Notes: generated from the sequence alone by a model not told the origin. Shown: positions 50,717 through 61,501, numbered from the stretch's first letter. The stretch: 64,000 bases of DNA from Verrucomicrobiales bacterium (GCA_031411295.1 JANOAV010000205.1:39933-103932); one strand, 5' to 3'. Numbers and translations: made by a program.

Positions 50717-51997
50717 TTACTCGCGCTTGATCTGTAAATGACGGTATTCCATTTGTCCGCGATCTCCTTCGAGGCCGATGGGACCAGTTTCTGGCAATGC
50801 CAAGGCAGCTTCCAGCACTTCTCCATTGCAAGTGCAGTGAGCGACATTGTCTTTCACGACCACCAACATTTCATTCCAATCCTGAGGCTTATATTTCGTC
50901 AGCGTCTTGTAAGGTCCTGCCAAGAGATAGTCCCGGCATTGCAGTTGGGGTTTGCGAAGGAATACCCCGCTATCAGCGTTGGGCGTGGCGCGGAATTCCA
51001 GTTTGAGGGTGAAATTCTTGGGGAATTCTGCGGTCGTGTAAAGTTGGGCGATCTTACTGCGTTCTGGAGGGGTCGTGACGACGAGTTTTCCATTTTGCGC
51101 CAGATAGCGATAATCGCTGCTCCAGGTTTGGCCATCGAACTTGGTGATGGTGCCGTCTTTGGCGCGGAAACTCCACCCGGTCAGATCCTTGCCGTTGAAT
51201 AAGCTCGTGAAGCCGGGTTCTGGTTGCCAGGGATCCGGCTCGGTTTCAGTCAGCCCTAACGTGGAGAAGATCGGACGGAGTGCAGCCGCCCATTTATCGT
51301 AGCCTGCTTTGTTCGGGTGGAGGAGGTCAGGGAATTCTTCTGGCTTGGCATCGCCCTCGGCATTGGCGAAGAGCGGCCAGGTTTCCAGGAGGATGATCTG
51401 CGGATCACCCTTCACAGCGGCGGCGTAGAGGTCGTTCACTTGCTTGATCTGGGCCGCTGAGCGTGACTTACTGGCGGAGCTGGGGAAGACTTGACTGAGC
51501 ACGATTGGCAGCTTAGGATTGCTCTGCTTCAGGGCGGCCAGAATGAGCTTCACGTTCTCCGCGATTACTTCTGGCGCGGCCTTTTCCTCCAAGTCATTGG
51601 TTCCGAGCAACATCACCACCGCTTTCGGCTGGCAGGCCAGGACGTCCTCAGTTAGTCGCACCAACATGCCTCGGGTGGTGTCGCCACTGATGCCGCGATT
51701 GGCGGTTTTCAACCCGGGGAAGCTTTTTCCAAAATCATCGCCCCAGCCTTGAGTAATGGAATCACCGAGAAACACCACCGCGCCTTGATCCTGGGCCGTG
51801 TTTTTCGCAAATTTAGCGCGCTGATTTTTCCATAGATTCCGGAACCAGTCCGCGCGCCGGATCGGTCCTTGCCCTGGCAGGCCGTCATCGGTGGCGGGTA
51901 TTTCCACAGACTTTGGTGCTGTGGCCTCCTGGGCTGGAAGAATGGCAGTGAGAGCAAGACTGACGAGCAATAAACGGGAGAGCGGAGTTGAGATCAT
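50717..51997 (-). CDS. Secreted GDSL/SGNH esterase fused to DUF1080 domain
   Basis: FLGDSIT, NRGISGD, GTND, DLLHP, then LFNGKDLTGW...DSGVF...GPIGLE. Confidence 0.85.
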   Translation of the reverse strand: MISTPLSRLLLVSLALTAILPAQEATAPKSVEIPATDDGLPGQGPIRRADWFRNLWKNQRAKFAKNTAQDQGAVVFLGDSITQGWGDDFGKSFPGLKTANRGISGDTTRGMLVRLTEDVLACQPKAVVMLLGTNDLEEKAAPEVIAENVKLILAALKQSNPKLPIVLSQVFPSSASKSRSAAQIKQVNDLYAAAVKGDPQIILLETWPLFANAEGDAKPEEFPDLLHPNKAGYDKWAAALRPIFSTLGLTETEPDPWQPEPGFTSLFNGKDLTGWSFRAKDGTITKFDGQTWSSDYRYLAQNGKLVVTTPPERSKIAQLYTTAEFPKNFTLKLEFRATPNADSGVFLRKPQLQCRDYLLAGPYKTLTKYKPQDWNEMLVVVKDNVAHCTCNGEVLEAALALPETGPIGLEGDRGQMEYRHLQIKRE

Positions 51998-52124
51998 GGC
52001 GCAGTTATAGAAGTTGGTCCTTTTCTGGCAAGCTCCATTTCGCGTGCCGAGAAAACGATGCAAAATCCTGTAGTTTGTGATTCCCAGCTTGTCAGGCCGC
52101 AGAACCATGTTTATGGAGTCCCGC

Positions 52125-52874
52125 ATGACCGGGGAACTGAAGATTGATACGCTGCAATCCGTGGAGGTGGCCGAAGGGGTGGATATTCTACTCCGACCGG
52201 CTGGCCCATTACCGCGGGCGTATGCCTATGTGCTGGATGCTTTGATTCGCACTGGTATCATGATCCTGTTAGGGATTCTTTTGACCCTGGGAGCGGCGGT
52301 TCTCGGCGTGGAGATGGGTAAGCTGGGGATTGGGCTGGGCTTGCTGGCTTATTTTTTGATTGAGTGGGGCTACTATGTGATTTGCGAAGCGGTCTGGGGC
52401 ACTTCGCTGGGCAAGAAGGCGTTTAAACTCAAGGTGGTGAGGACCTCAGGCGTGCCGATTGGGTGGGGCGCAGCTGTGTTGCGAAACTTGCTGCGGACGG
52501 TGGACGGCATGCCGTGGGCCATGATGTGCCCCTCAGGGCTTATTGGCATCGCTTCCTGTGTCATGACGCGGAAGTTCCAGCGCATTGGGGATTTGCTGGC
52601 AGATACGGTGGTCGTTTATTCCTCTGCCGGTTGGGAATACACCCCGCCAGAATTAAGCCCGGCGGCCCGAGCCTTATTGCAGCCACAACCGCCGCCGATC
52701 GCCCTAAGCCGTGAAGAACAACAGGCGTTAGTCCTGTATCTGGAGCGCGCGGGGTTGTGGTCGGAGGGCCGCAAAGAAGAACTGGCGAACCACTTGCAAC
52801 CTCTCACCGGACTGACCGGCAGGCCCGGGGTGGAACAAATTCTAGGCCACGCGTTGTGGTTGCGCGATTCCTAA
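52125..52874 (+). CDS. RDD family membrane protein
   Basis: AGP.PR..AY.LD, G.SLGKK, LRNLLR.VD, QRIGD..A.T.V. Confidence 0.88.
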   Translation: MTGELKIDTLQSVEVAEGVDILLRPAGPLPRAYAYVLDALIRTGIMILLGILLTLGAAVLGVEMGKLGIGLGLLAYFLIEWGYYVICEAVWGTSLGKKAFKLKVVRTSGVPIGWGAAVLRNLLRTVDGMPWAMMCPSGLIGIASCVMTRKFQRIGDLLADTVVVYSSAGWEYTPPELSPAARALLQPQPPPIALSREEQQALVLYLERAGLWSEGRKEELANHLQPLTGLTGRPGVEQILGHALWLRDS

Positions 52875-52892
52875 CTTCATGAAAATTACCCC

Positions 52893-53897
52893 ATGAAAAA
52901 AGCCACCTTTGAGGAGAAGAACGCGGACCGCTGGACGGAGTTGGAGGAGCTGTTGCTCCGCTTGGAAAAGCGTAAAGCAGGCACCGAAGCCGGACGGGCT
53001 CCGGCTTTGTTTCGCCAAGTGTGTCATGATTTATCGCTGGCGCAACATCGGATGTATGGCCGGAAGTTATGCGAACGGTTGAATGGGTTGGTGGTGCGGG
53101 GGTATCAACAGATCCATCGTTCCCGGAGTTTGAGCTGGCCCGGGGTGTTTAAGTTTGTGGCGGTCACATTTCCCCGGGCAATTCGAGCCGACTGGAGAAT
53201 TTTTGTGCTGGCGTTAACCCTATTTTGGTTGCCCTTCGGAGCCATGATCGCGGCGGCTTATTTCCAACCCCACTGGGTCTTCTCCATGTTGAGTCCTGCG
53301 GAGATGGGCATGATGGATTCAATGCATGGTGCTGGCTCCGCCCCAACGAAACATTTCGCCAAGGAGTATGGGGACTTCGGTGTGCACTTCACGATGTTTG
53401 GTTTCTATGTGCAGCACAATATTGGGATCGGCCTGAAAATGTTCGGCATGGGAATTCTGTTTACGATTGGATCCATTTATGAGCTAGTGTGGGAAGGGTT
53501 GAAACTCGGGGCCATGTTCGGTTATCTACACTATACTGGACATGCCGAGAATATTTGGCGCTTTGCGATCGGGCATTCCAGTTTTGAAATCACAGGCCTC
53601 ATTGTGTGTGGCACCGCGGGCATCCGACTCGGTCTCGGGGTGCTATTTCCAGGCCGGTTGCCCCGTAGTCAAGCGATCGCGGCGGCGGGACGCAGAGCTT
53701 TGCCGATCCTGCTGGGCGGTGCTGGGATGGTCTTTTTGGCGGCCATTGTGGAGGGCTTCTGGTCCTCTCAAGACTGGTTGTCGGACCCGGTGCGCTATAC
53801 CTTCGGTTTGGGTTTCTGGGTCTTTTGGCTGCTTTATTTCCTGCTGGCAGGGCGGAGCTTCAACTTCGGTGAGAAAGGAGTGCCGCATGGTTCCTGA
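52893..53897 (+). CDS. SpoIIM-like (DUF95) membrane protein
   Basis: W.ELE.LL, DLSLAQ, FP..IR, HN..I, HSSFE, AAIVEGF. Confidence 0.88.
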   Translation: MKKATFEEKNADRWTELEELLLRLEKRKAGTEAGRAPALFRQVCHDLSLAQHRMYGRKLCERLNGLVVRGYQQIHRSRSLSWPGVFKFVAVTFPRAIRADWRIFVLALTLFWLPFGAMIAAAYFQPHWVFSMLSPAEMGMMDSMHGAGSAPTKHFAKEYGDFGVHFTMFGFYVQHNIGIGLKMFGMGILFTIGSIYELVWEGLKLGAMFGYLHYTGHAENIWRFAIGHSSFEITGLIVCGTAGIRLGLGVLFPGRLPRSQAIAAAGRRALPILLGGAGMVFLAAIVEGFWSSQDWLSDPVRYTFGLGFWVFWLLYFLLAGRSFNFGEKGVPHGS

Positions 53898-55386
53898 AGT
53901 GACGGCACGACTGCGCCCGCGTTCGGGCTGGGAAAGTCAAGACTTGGGGCTCGCCATGGTGAGGGGTCGTCTGGGCCGGTTGCTGTGGCATTGGTGTGTC
54001 GTGATGGTGCCACTGTGGGTGTTGCTGGCCGTGCTGTTACGTGACCATCCTTGGGCCTTTTTCTGGCTTACTTGGTGGCTCAAGCCCCTCTATGACCGGG
54101 TGCCCCTTTTTACCCTGGGGCGGCGGCTTTTCGGACAAGAAACCTCCTTGCGCGAGGTGTTGCGGGAACTGCCGAAATTGCTGGGCAAAGGGAATTGGTA
54201 TTTCTTGACCCTGGGTCGATTATCATTTTATCGCTGCTTTTCCATGCCCGTAAAGATCTTGGAAGGCGGCAAGTATGCAGCCTATCGGCGGCGGGTCAGC
54301 GTCTTGTTACGGCAGGGAGACTCGACGGTGATGTGGGTTACGCTGGGCTGGTTTCTGTGCAGTGTGCTGACGGTTTCAGGCTGTTGGGAGATTTGGGATT
54401 CACTAACCGTGGACCCGGAGGATTCAGGGGACGGGCCATGGTTCTTAAGGATGTTCGGGAACTCCTGGCGCCAGGCCGATACCACCCTCATCTGGACCAT
54501 TTCGGTGCTCCATTTGGCGGCCATGACGTTGACGGAAATTTTCTATGTGGGGGCCGGGTTTGGTTTGTATCTTAACAGTCGCTCGCATCTGGAGGGCTGG
54601 GATATTGAGGTCAGTTTCCGGAGTCTGGCCGCTCGGTTAAAAGAACTGGCGGGACCGGCCTTGGTCGGAATTTTGGCCCTTTGGCTGATATGCCCTCCCA
54701 CTGCTGCGGCAGCCGCTATCACGGAGGATGACGCTGATGTGGTTCCGCTCCAATCTCTGAAAGTCACCAAGAAGATCGTCGCCCGTGAGGTTAAAGCCGT
54801 GAAGGCGGATGAGGCATTCAAGGTCCACACCGAAGAACACACCGTCTATGATGATGTCACTAGTTCCTCCAGTCCATCGAGTTCCAGTTGGTTTGATTGG
54901 AACTTCGATGGCTTGGGAGCCGTGGTGGCATTTTTGGGATGGGGAATCATGGGGCTGGCGATCGCTGCATTGCTCTGGCTGATTTATCGCTACCGGCACG
55001 TCTTCGCTAGTGGAGCGTCGCAACCCGAAGCGCCAGAGGACGTCAAAGCTCGCGTCGTCATGGGCTTGGACGTGACGCCCGAGGCGCTGCCGAAGAACAT
55101 CCCTGACGCTGCCGCCGCGTGCTGGCGTGCGGGGGATATCCGGGGGGCGTTGCGACTATTGTATGCCGGGAGTTTACACTGGATGATCGATCGGGCCCGG
55201 CTGCCGATCCGGGAGAGCGATACCGAGGGGGATTGCTTGCGTCACAGCCAGCAACTCACCGAGCCCCTGCAAACGCAGTATTTCCAGATCCTAACGCAAG
55301 TCTGGATGGGGCACGCCTATGGGCAGCGCATGCCGGATGCCTCCGCTATGGAGCAATGTATCAACCAATGGCCGTTCCGCAAATGA
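53887..55386 (+). CDS. Membrane protein with C-terminal DUF4129 domain
   Basis: LRPR.GWE..DLG, WWLKP.YDR, YLN.R..LEGWD.E, ALRLLY, TEGDCL. Confidence 0.8.
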   Translation: MVPEVTARLRPRSGWESQDLGLAMVRGRLGRLLWHWCVVMVPLWVLLAVLLRDHPWAFFWLTWWLKPLYDRVPLFTLGRRLFGQETSLREVLRELPKLLGKGNWYFLTLGRLSFYRCFSMPVKILEGGKYAAYRRRVSVLLRQGDSTVMWVTLGWFLCSVLTVSGCWEIWDSLTVDPEDSGDGPWFLRMFGNSWRQADTTLIWTISVLHLAAMTLTEIFYVGAGFGLYLNSRSHLEGWDIEVSFRSLAARLKELAGPALVGILALWLICPPTAAAAAITEDDADVVPLQSLKVTKKIVAREVKAVKADEAFKVHTEEHTVYDDVTSSSSPSSSSWFDWNFDGLGAVVAFLGWGIMGLAIAALLWLIYRYRHVFASGASQPEAPEDVKARVVMGLDVTPEALPKNIPDAAAACWRAGDIRGALRLLYAGSLHWMIDRARLPIRESDTEGDCLRHSQQLTEPLQTQYFQILTQVWMGHAYGQRMPDASAMEQCINQWPFRK

Positions 55387-56582
55387 AGCTGTTACCGCAA
55401 CTTTACTTACGTTCGTGGATCGGGCTGCTTGGGCTCTCGGTGATCCTGACAGGGTGTAATCGTCCCAGCCATCAGGAGACGCGGGAACTGGGATACAAGG
55501 GAGACGCCCGCAGTAAACCCTTCCTGGCACTAACCAAGGTGATTGATCGGTTCGGCTGGGAATCCAAGACCATTCATTCTCTGGCAGAAATGCCGGATCG
55601 AGGAACCCTCGTGCTCAGTGGCAGCAGTGCCATCAAGCCGTCCGTGGCCATCCAAGCCTTGGAATGGGTGGAACGGCGCGATGGGCATCTGATCCTCTTG
55701 ATGCAGGGAGGTGACAAATGGAGGGATGATTGGCAAATGGACTGGGGTGGGATGTTTGAGGATACGGAAGCGGTCCGGATGCATCCGATCCTGAAGGCGC
55801 TGAATTTAGAACCAACCACCCATGCGATGGAGACGGCATTACCTGGCAAAGGGAAGTCTGCTCCGCCGGTGGAACTCAAAATCCGGAACAAGAAAATGGA
55901 GCTTTCCGAGCAGGGGGGCATGACGTTTGATGCCTCTAATGTGCCCGGGGATGCGGAAATCATTTTGGGCGAAACAACGGCCGCCCGCATTCTTACCACC
56001 ACCCGTGGGAATGGACGGATTACTGTCATCGGGAATGCCAGTCCGTTCCGCAATCGCTATCTAGACCTGCACGATAACGCATTTGTCTTTCTAAATTTAC
56101 TGCTGCTGGAAAGCCAGCCGGAATACGGCATGAGCAGCACGGTAACGTTCATGTTGGGAAGCTCGGATGGATTTTTCACCCTGCTGTGGAAACAATTCTG
56201 GATGGCGCTGGTCCCGTTGGCGCTGTTGATCGTGGCTTGGCTGTGGAAGAATATTCCACGCTTCGGTCCACTACAGCCGGAGGGCACCAACGACACGCGA
56301 CAATTCTCCGAGCACCTTAAAATGAACGGTGAGTTCCTCTGGCACCATGGACAGACTGCAGATCTGATTTTCCCCATTCGTGCTGCCATCAGCCAGAAAT
56401 TGATCGCCCGCCACGGCATGCACCCATCCGAGTCCGATGCCAACATTATTGAGCACTTGGCCCGCGTTTCCGGCCTGCCCAGTGAACGCATTGCCAGCGC
56501 TTGGAGCGCCAGCTATGTGAAAGACGGTAGCGCTCTCCTAACCTGCCTCCAAGATTTACAAACCATCGAGCAATCCTTATGA
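55383..56582 (+). CDS. DUF4350-like membrane/lipoprotein
   Basis: Lipobox-like LTGC, G.G.ITV, F.N..L..HDNA, TM helix followed by RFGP. Confidence 0.75.
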   Translation: MKLLPQLYLRSWIGLLGLSVILTGCNRPSHQETRELGYKGDARSKPFLALTKVIDRFGWESKTIHSLAEMPDRGTLVLSGSSAIKPSVAIQALEWVERRDGHLILLMQGGDKWRDDWQMDWGGMFEDTEAVRMHPILKALNLEPTTHAMETALPGKGKSAPPVELKIRNKKMELSEQGGMTFDASNVPGDAEIILGETTAARILTTTRGNGRITVIGNASPFRNRYLDLHDNAFVFLNLLLLESQPEYGMSSTVTFMLGSSDGFFTLLWKQFWMALVPLALLIVAWLWKNIPRFGPLQPEGTNDTRQFSEHLKMNGEFLWHHGQTADLIFPIRAAISQKLIARHGMHPSESDANIIEHLARVSGLPSERIASAWSASYVKDGSALLTCLQDLQTIEQSL

Positions 56583-57640
56583 CCGAATCCACCGATCCCT
56601 CCACTCCCATTCCTTACGCTCCACCGCCGATCCAATTTGAGGGCGCGGCTGAGCTTCCAATTCCAACGCCCCCCGAGCCCACCCCGTTCGAACAAACTGG
56701 GCGGATGCTGCAAGCGATTCGTGAAGAAGTAGCCAGCGTATTTGTTGGTCAGCAAGCCGTGTTGGATCAAGTTATCGCTGCGTTGCTGGCCGGTGGGCAC
56801 ATCCTCATGGAGGGCCTTCCAGGCTTGGGGAAAACCCACTTGGTCATTGCGCTCGCAAATGTGATGGGTGGCCAATTCAAGCGGATTCAATTTACTCCTG
56901 ATCTGATGCCATCGGATGTCATGGGGCACTCGCTCTACGATATGAGTTCGCAAACCTTCCGTCTGCGCAAAGGCCCCGTTTTTGCTAACTTTGTGCTGGC
57001 GGATGAAATTAATCGAGCCCCGGCCAAGACGCAGAGCGCCCTGCTGGAAGCCATGCAGGAAAGCCAGGTGACCATCGATGGCGACTCGCTTCCGCTGGCC
57101 CCGCCGTTCATGGTGCTGGCAACGCAAAATCCCATCGAGCAGGAAGGCACGTATCCGTTGCCGGAAGCGCAGTTGGATCGCTTTCTCATGAAGGTTCTCA
57201 TCAATTACCCCACGGCCCAGGAAGAGGAAACGATTGTGGGAGCGGTGGCCTCGGGCCGGGCCGGGAGCGGCCTGCAGGCCGGTTCGGTGCGGCAGTTGTG
57301 TCAGCCCCAGGATATTTTAGCAGCCCAGGAACTCTGCTCCGCCGTGGATGCGGTGCCGGAAGTGGTGGCTTACGCAGTGCGCTTGGTGCGCGCCACGCGC
57401 AATGCCAAGGGCATCAGTCTGGGCGCAGGAACGCGCGGGGCCATCGCGCTGGTGCGCGTCGCCAAGGCGTATGCGTTGATGGCGGGGCGCAGCTACGTGG
57501 TTCCTGATGATGTCAAATCTGCCGTGCGTCCCGTGTTGCGGCATCGGGTGCAGTTGGCACCGGAGTTGGCGATCAGCGGTCAGCAGATCGATTTCACCTT
57601 GGATGCCTTGGTAAAAACGACGGAAGCCCCACGTCGCTAA
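56579..57640 (+). CDS. MoxR family AAA+ ATPase
   Basis: GLPGLGKT, RIQFTPDLMPSD, DEINRAPAKTQSALLEAM, TQNPIEQEGTYPLPEAQLDRF. Confidence 0.95.
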   Translation: MTESTDPSTPIPYAPPPIQFEGAAELPIPTPPEPTPFEQTGRMLQAIREEVASVFVGQQAVLDQVIAALLAGGHILMEGLPGLGKTHLVIALANVMGGQFKRIQFTPDLMPSDVMGHSLYDMSSQTFRLRKGPVFANFVLADEINRAPAKTQSALLEAMQESQVTIDGDSLPLAPPFMVLATQNPIEQEGTYPLPEAQLDRFLMKVLINYPTAQEEETIVGAVASGRAGSGLQAGSVRQLCQPQDILAAQELCSAVDAVPEVVAYAVRLVRATRNAKGISLGAGTRGAIALVRVAKAYALMAGRSYVVPDDVKSAVRPVLRHRVQLAPELAISGQQIDFTLDALVKTTEAPRR

Positions 57641-57649
57641 CGTTCCCCA

Positions 57650-58507
57650 ATGAATTCCTGGATCCTAGCCGCTCGCCCCAAGACCCTGCCTGCGGCAGTG
57701 GCTCCGGTGGTGGTCGGTTCTGCGTTGGCCTGGAAACTAACTGCGCAGTTTTCTTGGTGGCTGGCGGTGTCCACGCTGCTGAGCGCGATTGCCATCCAGA
57801 TTGCGACCAATTTCTTCAACGATGCCATCGATGCGGACAAAGGAGCCGATACTGCAAATCGCCTGGGGCCCACGCGCGCCACCGCCAGCGGCTTAGCATC
57901 GCGTAGAGCCATGTATTTGGCCGGAGGTATTGCCTTGCTGGTGGCTGCCTTGTGGGCCATCCCCTTGTTGCAAGCGCGCGGCTGGATCATGCTGGCAATT
58001 GGTTTGCCCAGCATCTATTTTTCCTTCGGCTACACTGGTGGCCCCTTGCCTCTGGCGTATCGTGGGCTGGGGGATTTCTTTGTGCTGTTGTTCTTCGGTC
58101 TTATTGCCGTGAGCGGAACTGTCTTTGTCCAATGTGGGCAATGGCGGGTGGAAAGCCTTTGGGCGGGCCTGCAAATCGGCATGTTGAGCACCGTCTTGAT
58201 TGCGTTAAACAATCTGCGCGATGTGGCGGAGGATACGTTAAGCAATAAACGAACCTTGGCCGTCAGATTTGGGATCACTTTTAGTCGGGTGGAAATAACG
58301 CTGCTCTGCCTGCTGCCCCCGCTGCTGGGATTAGCCCGCTGGGATGGTCCGCTGGCTTGGTGGCCGCTGAGCGTGGCAGCGTTAGGGTTGCTCATTAGCG
58401 TGAAGGTCTGGCAGACGCCTCCGTCGCGTGCTTACAATAAATTTCTCGCTCTCTCAGCAGCGCAACTCGTGCTGTTCACTGTGTTGTTCACCTTGGCTTG
58501 CAAATGA
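57650..58507 (+). CDS. menA: 1,4-dihydroxy-2-naphthoate octaprenyltransferase
   Basis: ARPKTL, N..ND..D..KG.D, YTGGP.PLAY.GLG, NNLRD...D....K.TL.VR.G. Confidence 0.93.
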   Translation: MNSWILAARPKTLPAAVAPVVVGSALAWKLTAQFSWWLAVSTLLSAIAIQIATNFFNDAIDADKGADTANRLGPTRATASGLASRRAMYLAGGIALLVAALWAIPLLQARGWIMLAIGLPSIYFSFGYTGGPLPLAYRGLGDFFVLLFFGLIAVSGTVFVQCGQWRVESLWAGLQIGMLSTVLIALNNLRDVAEDTLSNKRTLAVRFGITFSRVEITLLCLLPPLLGLARWDGPLAWWPLSVAALGLLISVKVWQTPPSRAYNKFLALSAAQLVLFTVLFTLACK

Positions 58508-59424
58508 TCTACTACAGCCCGTATCGGCTCCAGCCCTTGCAGCAACTGAATGCCAAGCAGGCGGCAGGTGAAGTTCACGGCGTGCTCCTGCGACACGAGG
58601 ATGGGGTCGGATGCCTGCAACCCTGGCCGACCTTGGGCGAGGAACCGTTGGATTACCACTTGGGCGAGCTTGCCCGAGGCAGGAACACGCCGCTGGTAAA
58701 TGCCGCGCTGAATTGTTGTCGCGTGGATGGCATCGCCCGTCGTGCTGGGCACAATTTATTGCAGGCCGGAACCATTCCGCTGAGCCATGCCACCCTGACG
58801 AATTTCCCTGACGACGCGACCTGTTCACGATTGCGGGACGACGGTTTCACGCATGTCAAAATCAAGGTCCAGGGAGCTGATCAAGACTTAGCGATGAAGC
58901 TGGAACGATTGTCAGGCAAAGGATTCATGGTGCGGCTAGACTTCAACTACACGAGCACCGAAGCCAAGTTCCTGGCATTTGCCGCCAACCTCAGTGCAGC
59001 GACGAAACGCTGCCTGGACTTCATCGAAGATCCCTTCCCCTGCGTGGCTGATTCATGGCGAGCGGCCGAGCAGACCACTGGAATTCGCTTGGCACTAGAT
59101 CGCTCAGCTCCGGGGGGCACCACTGACTTAAGCCACCCCAGCGTCTCCATTTGGAAACCTGCAGTCGAGTCCGTTCCTCGGGCCGCCCGCCGCGTGATTG
59201 TTACTAGCAACATGGATCATGCCATCGGACAAATGTATGCTGCTGCTATGGCCGCTCAATTGGGAACCTCAGATTACTGCGGTTTGCTCACGCATGGATT
59301 GTTTGCGGAAGATGATTTTTTCGCTCAAGTGAAATCCATCGGCCCCGCCTTGTTGGCTCCCTCCGGCACCGGACTGGGTTTCGATGAACTGATCGAACGA
59401 CTACCATGGAAGCAACTCCTGTAA
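58504..59424 (+). CDS. menC: o-succinylbenzoate synthase (enolase superfamily)
   Basis: KIK, RLDFN, FIEDP, LALD, KP; lies between menA and menE. Confidence 0.8.
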   Translation: MIYYSPYRLQPLQQLNAKQAAGEVHGVLLRHEDGVGCLQPWPTLGEEPLDYHLGELARGRNTPLVNAALNCCRVDGIARRAGHNLLQAGTIPLSHATLTNFPDDATCSRLRDDGFTHVKIKVQGADQDLAMKLERLSGKGFMVRLDFNYTSTEAKFLAFAANLSAATKRCLDFIEDPFPCVADSWRAAEQTTGIRLALDRSAPGGTTDLSHPSVSIWKPAVESVPRAARRVIVTSNMDHAIGQMYAAAMAAQLGTSDYCGLLTHGLFAEDDFFAQVKSIGPALLAPSGTGLGFDELIERLPWKQLL

Positions 59425-60482
59425 TCATTAACGGAAACCTCCTGCCACCCCATTTCTGGGAAATGGACGGCCTCGTCGTGATGCAGAATCCCCGAGCTCC
59501 GCAACCTCTTCCCAGCGTGCTTCCGGCGGAGGGAATCCTCTTCGCCACCTCGGGTTCCAGTGGCCAGCCTAAATGGTTGCGCCATACCAGAGCCACCTTG
59601 CTGGCATCCGCCGCCGCCGTAAATCAACGTTTCCCCGCCACCGCGCAGGATATATGGCTGCGAGCGCTGCCGTTGTTTCATGTCGGTGGCATGGGGATTG
59701 AGGCCCGGGCGCATCTCTCCGGCTCCAAGGTCGTGGCAACCACCGCAGCATGGGAGCCATCGTCATTCTGCGAGGTAATCAATGAGGCCCGGGCGACCCT
59801 ATGCTCGCTAGTGCCAACCCAAGTCTTTGATTTGGTAGCCCATTCGCTGCGCCCGCCTTCATCGCTTCGCTCGGTGATAGTCGGTGGAGGGAAACTGCGC
59901 CCAGAACTAAAAGCTCAAGCCCTTGCGTTAGGCTGGTCCGTGTTAGAATCCTACGGGCTCACCGAAGCGGGATCCCAAGTAGCCACCGAGTTGCAGGGAA
60001 AGCTAACCCTACTGGACTGCTGGCAGGCCCGCGTAAATGCCGTTTCCTGCCTGGAAATCAACGGTCCAGCCCTGGCCCTGGAACGTTGGCAGGACCAGCG
60101 ATGGCAGCCTTTAACCGATGATGGCTGGTTCACCACCACCGATATCGTGCGACTAGATGGTCGAAATATACAATGGCTCGGGCGGGCCGATTCCGTAGTC
60201 AAAGTCCTGGGCGAACTCGTCAACCTAGATCAAGTGGAACAAACCCTGAGCACGATGACCCAGCAGGAAGTCGTGGTGATAGCTCTACCTGATGCGCGCA
60301 ACGCTCACCGCCTCTACGCCTCTGTTTCACCACCCATCCTGGAAGCCTACCACCAAACCTGCCCACCCTTCGCAAGACTTAGCGGAATCTTCCCACCCGC
60401 AATCATCGTCCGCTCCGCCCTGAACAAACCCCAACGCGAACCCACGCAGCACGCGGTGGGCGCTTGGCTGACTAATGCGTGA
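59406..60482 (+). CDS. menE: o-succinylbenzoate-CoA ligase
   Basis: TSGSSG.PK, LPLFHVGG, SLVPTQ, SYGLTE.GSQ, GRAD. Confidence 0.82.
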   Translation: MEATPVIINGNLLPPHFWEMDGLVVMQNPRAPQPLPSVLPAEGILFATSGSSGQPKWLRHTRATLLASAAAVNQRFPATAQDIWLRALPLFHVGGMGIEARAHLSGSKVVATTAAWEPSSFCEVINEARATLCSLVPTQVFDLVAHSLRPPSSLRSVIVGGGKLRPELKAQALALGWSVLESYGLTEAGSQVATELQGKLTLLDCWQARVNAVSCLEINGPALALERWQDQRWQPLTDDGWFTTTDIVRLDGRNIQWLGRADSVVKVLGELVNLDQVEQTLSTMTQQEVVVIALPDARNAHRLYASVSPPILEAYHQTCPPFARLSGIFPPAIIVRSALNKPQREPTQHAVGAWLTNA

Positions 60483-60567
60483 CGGAGACACGAAAGAAAA
60501 GCGGAGAATGCTGATACCGCCTGACTCACGCGATCTATCTCTGACCGCATCCTTCCTAGTAAAAAAC

Positions 60568-61032
60568 TCACCACTTGAAGAGCATGTCCAATTCCACAAC
60601 ATCCGAGAACTCAAATTCCGTTTTCTTGGGCAGTGGCTTATCTAGCTTGAAATACTTCTGCACATTAATGTTTTTGTCGTTCGTGAATCCCATCACAGTG
60701 GTATAGCTTCCATCCTGCTCCTGCTTCTCGCTTAGCTTGATGAAGTAGCGCATCTTACGCTTCTGCGCCAGATCATAGAATCCGCGCATGATGAACATGG
60801 TGGAAGGCACCGAAGCACCTGACTTCATCGTCACTTTTACAGTGGAAGTCTTTTCTTCCCGCTTCACCTCCTCGAAGTTAATCACCAAATCCTTGCCACC
60901 GGGGTTCTTTTCATTCACCTCCAGATGAAACAACTTCTCAGCTGCGGATGCTGACGGAGTTGACGCAAATGTGAGGCACACGACCGCCAGGAACCCACGG
61001 CACTTGGCACTGAAGTTAGATTGGATTTTCAT
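60568..61032 (-). CDS. Hypothetical secreted protein
   Basis: Signal-peptide-like N-terminus ending ASA-A; Lys-rich, lower GC. Confidence 0.65.
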   Translation of the reverse strand: MKIQSNFSAKCRGFLAVVCLTFASTPSASAAEKLFHLEVNEKNPGGKDLVINFEEVKREEKTSTVKVTMKSGASVPSTMFIMRGFYDLAQKRKMRYFIKLSEKQEQDGSYTTVMGFTNDKNINVQKYFKLDKPLPKKTEFEFSDVVELDMLFKW

Positions 61033-61501
61033 AGAGCTTGACTCCCATTGGACAAGGAAGTCCGCACCCTGATGGTATTGCGACACCCAGGCAAGGTTAT
61101 TTTGAAATTTCCAAATTCGCTTTATCGCAGCCCGTTTCCCGGCATTATTCCGAAACGCGGCGATGGACACGGCCCCAACACACCACCTCACCGCTACGTT
61201 TTGGACCGGAAGAAATTCCATCCGCCCCAAAACGTAGCGCTCTGGAGCAGTCGAAAATCCTTCTGGTCCAGAAAGCCACCTTCTAGCACGATTCCAGAAG
61301 TGGTTCCTTCAGAAGCCCGCTGATGACCAAGGGGTTACAAAAGATTTCCCCCAAGAGCTGTCGGCGGTAACGGCAAGGAGGTGGGCATGGTGGGGCATCT
61401 TGCCTCACCTGCCAAAGTAGTTATTCATCGACTTTAGTCCGTAAGAGCAAAGGCCCCGTTGAAGGCCAAGCTGCGGTGAGCCACGGAGGTGGCTAACGGG
61501 T

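Noticed and set aside
53542..53886. N-terminal extensions of the DUF4129 ORF (and likewise DUF4350 from 55119)
   Set aside because: They overlap upstream genes in other frames. Coupled starts at 53887 and 55383 fit the operon.
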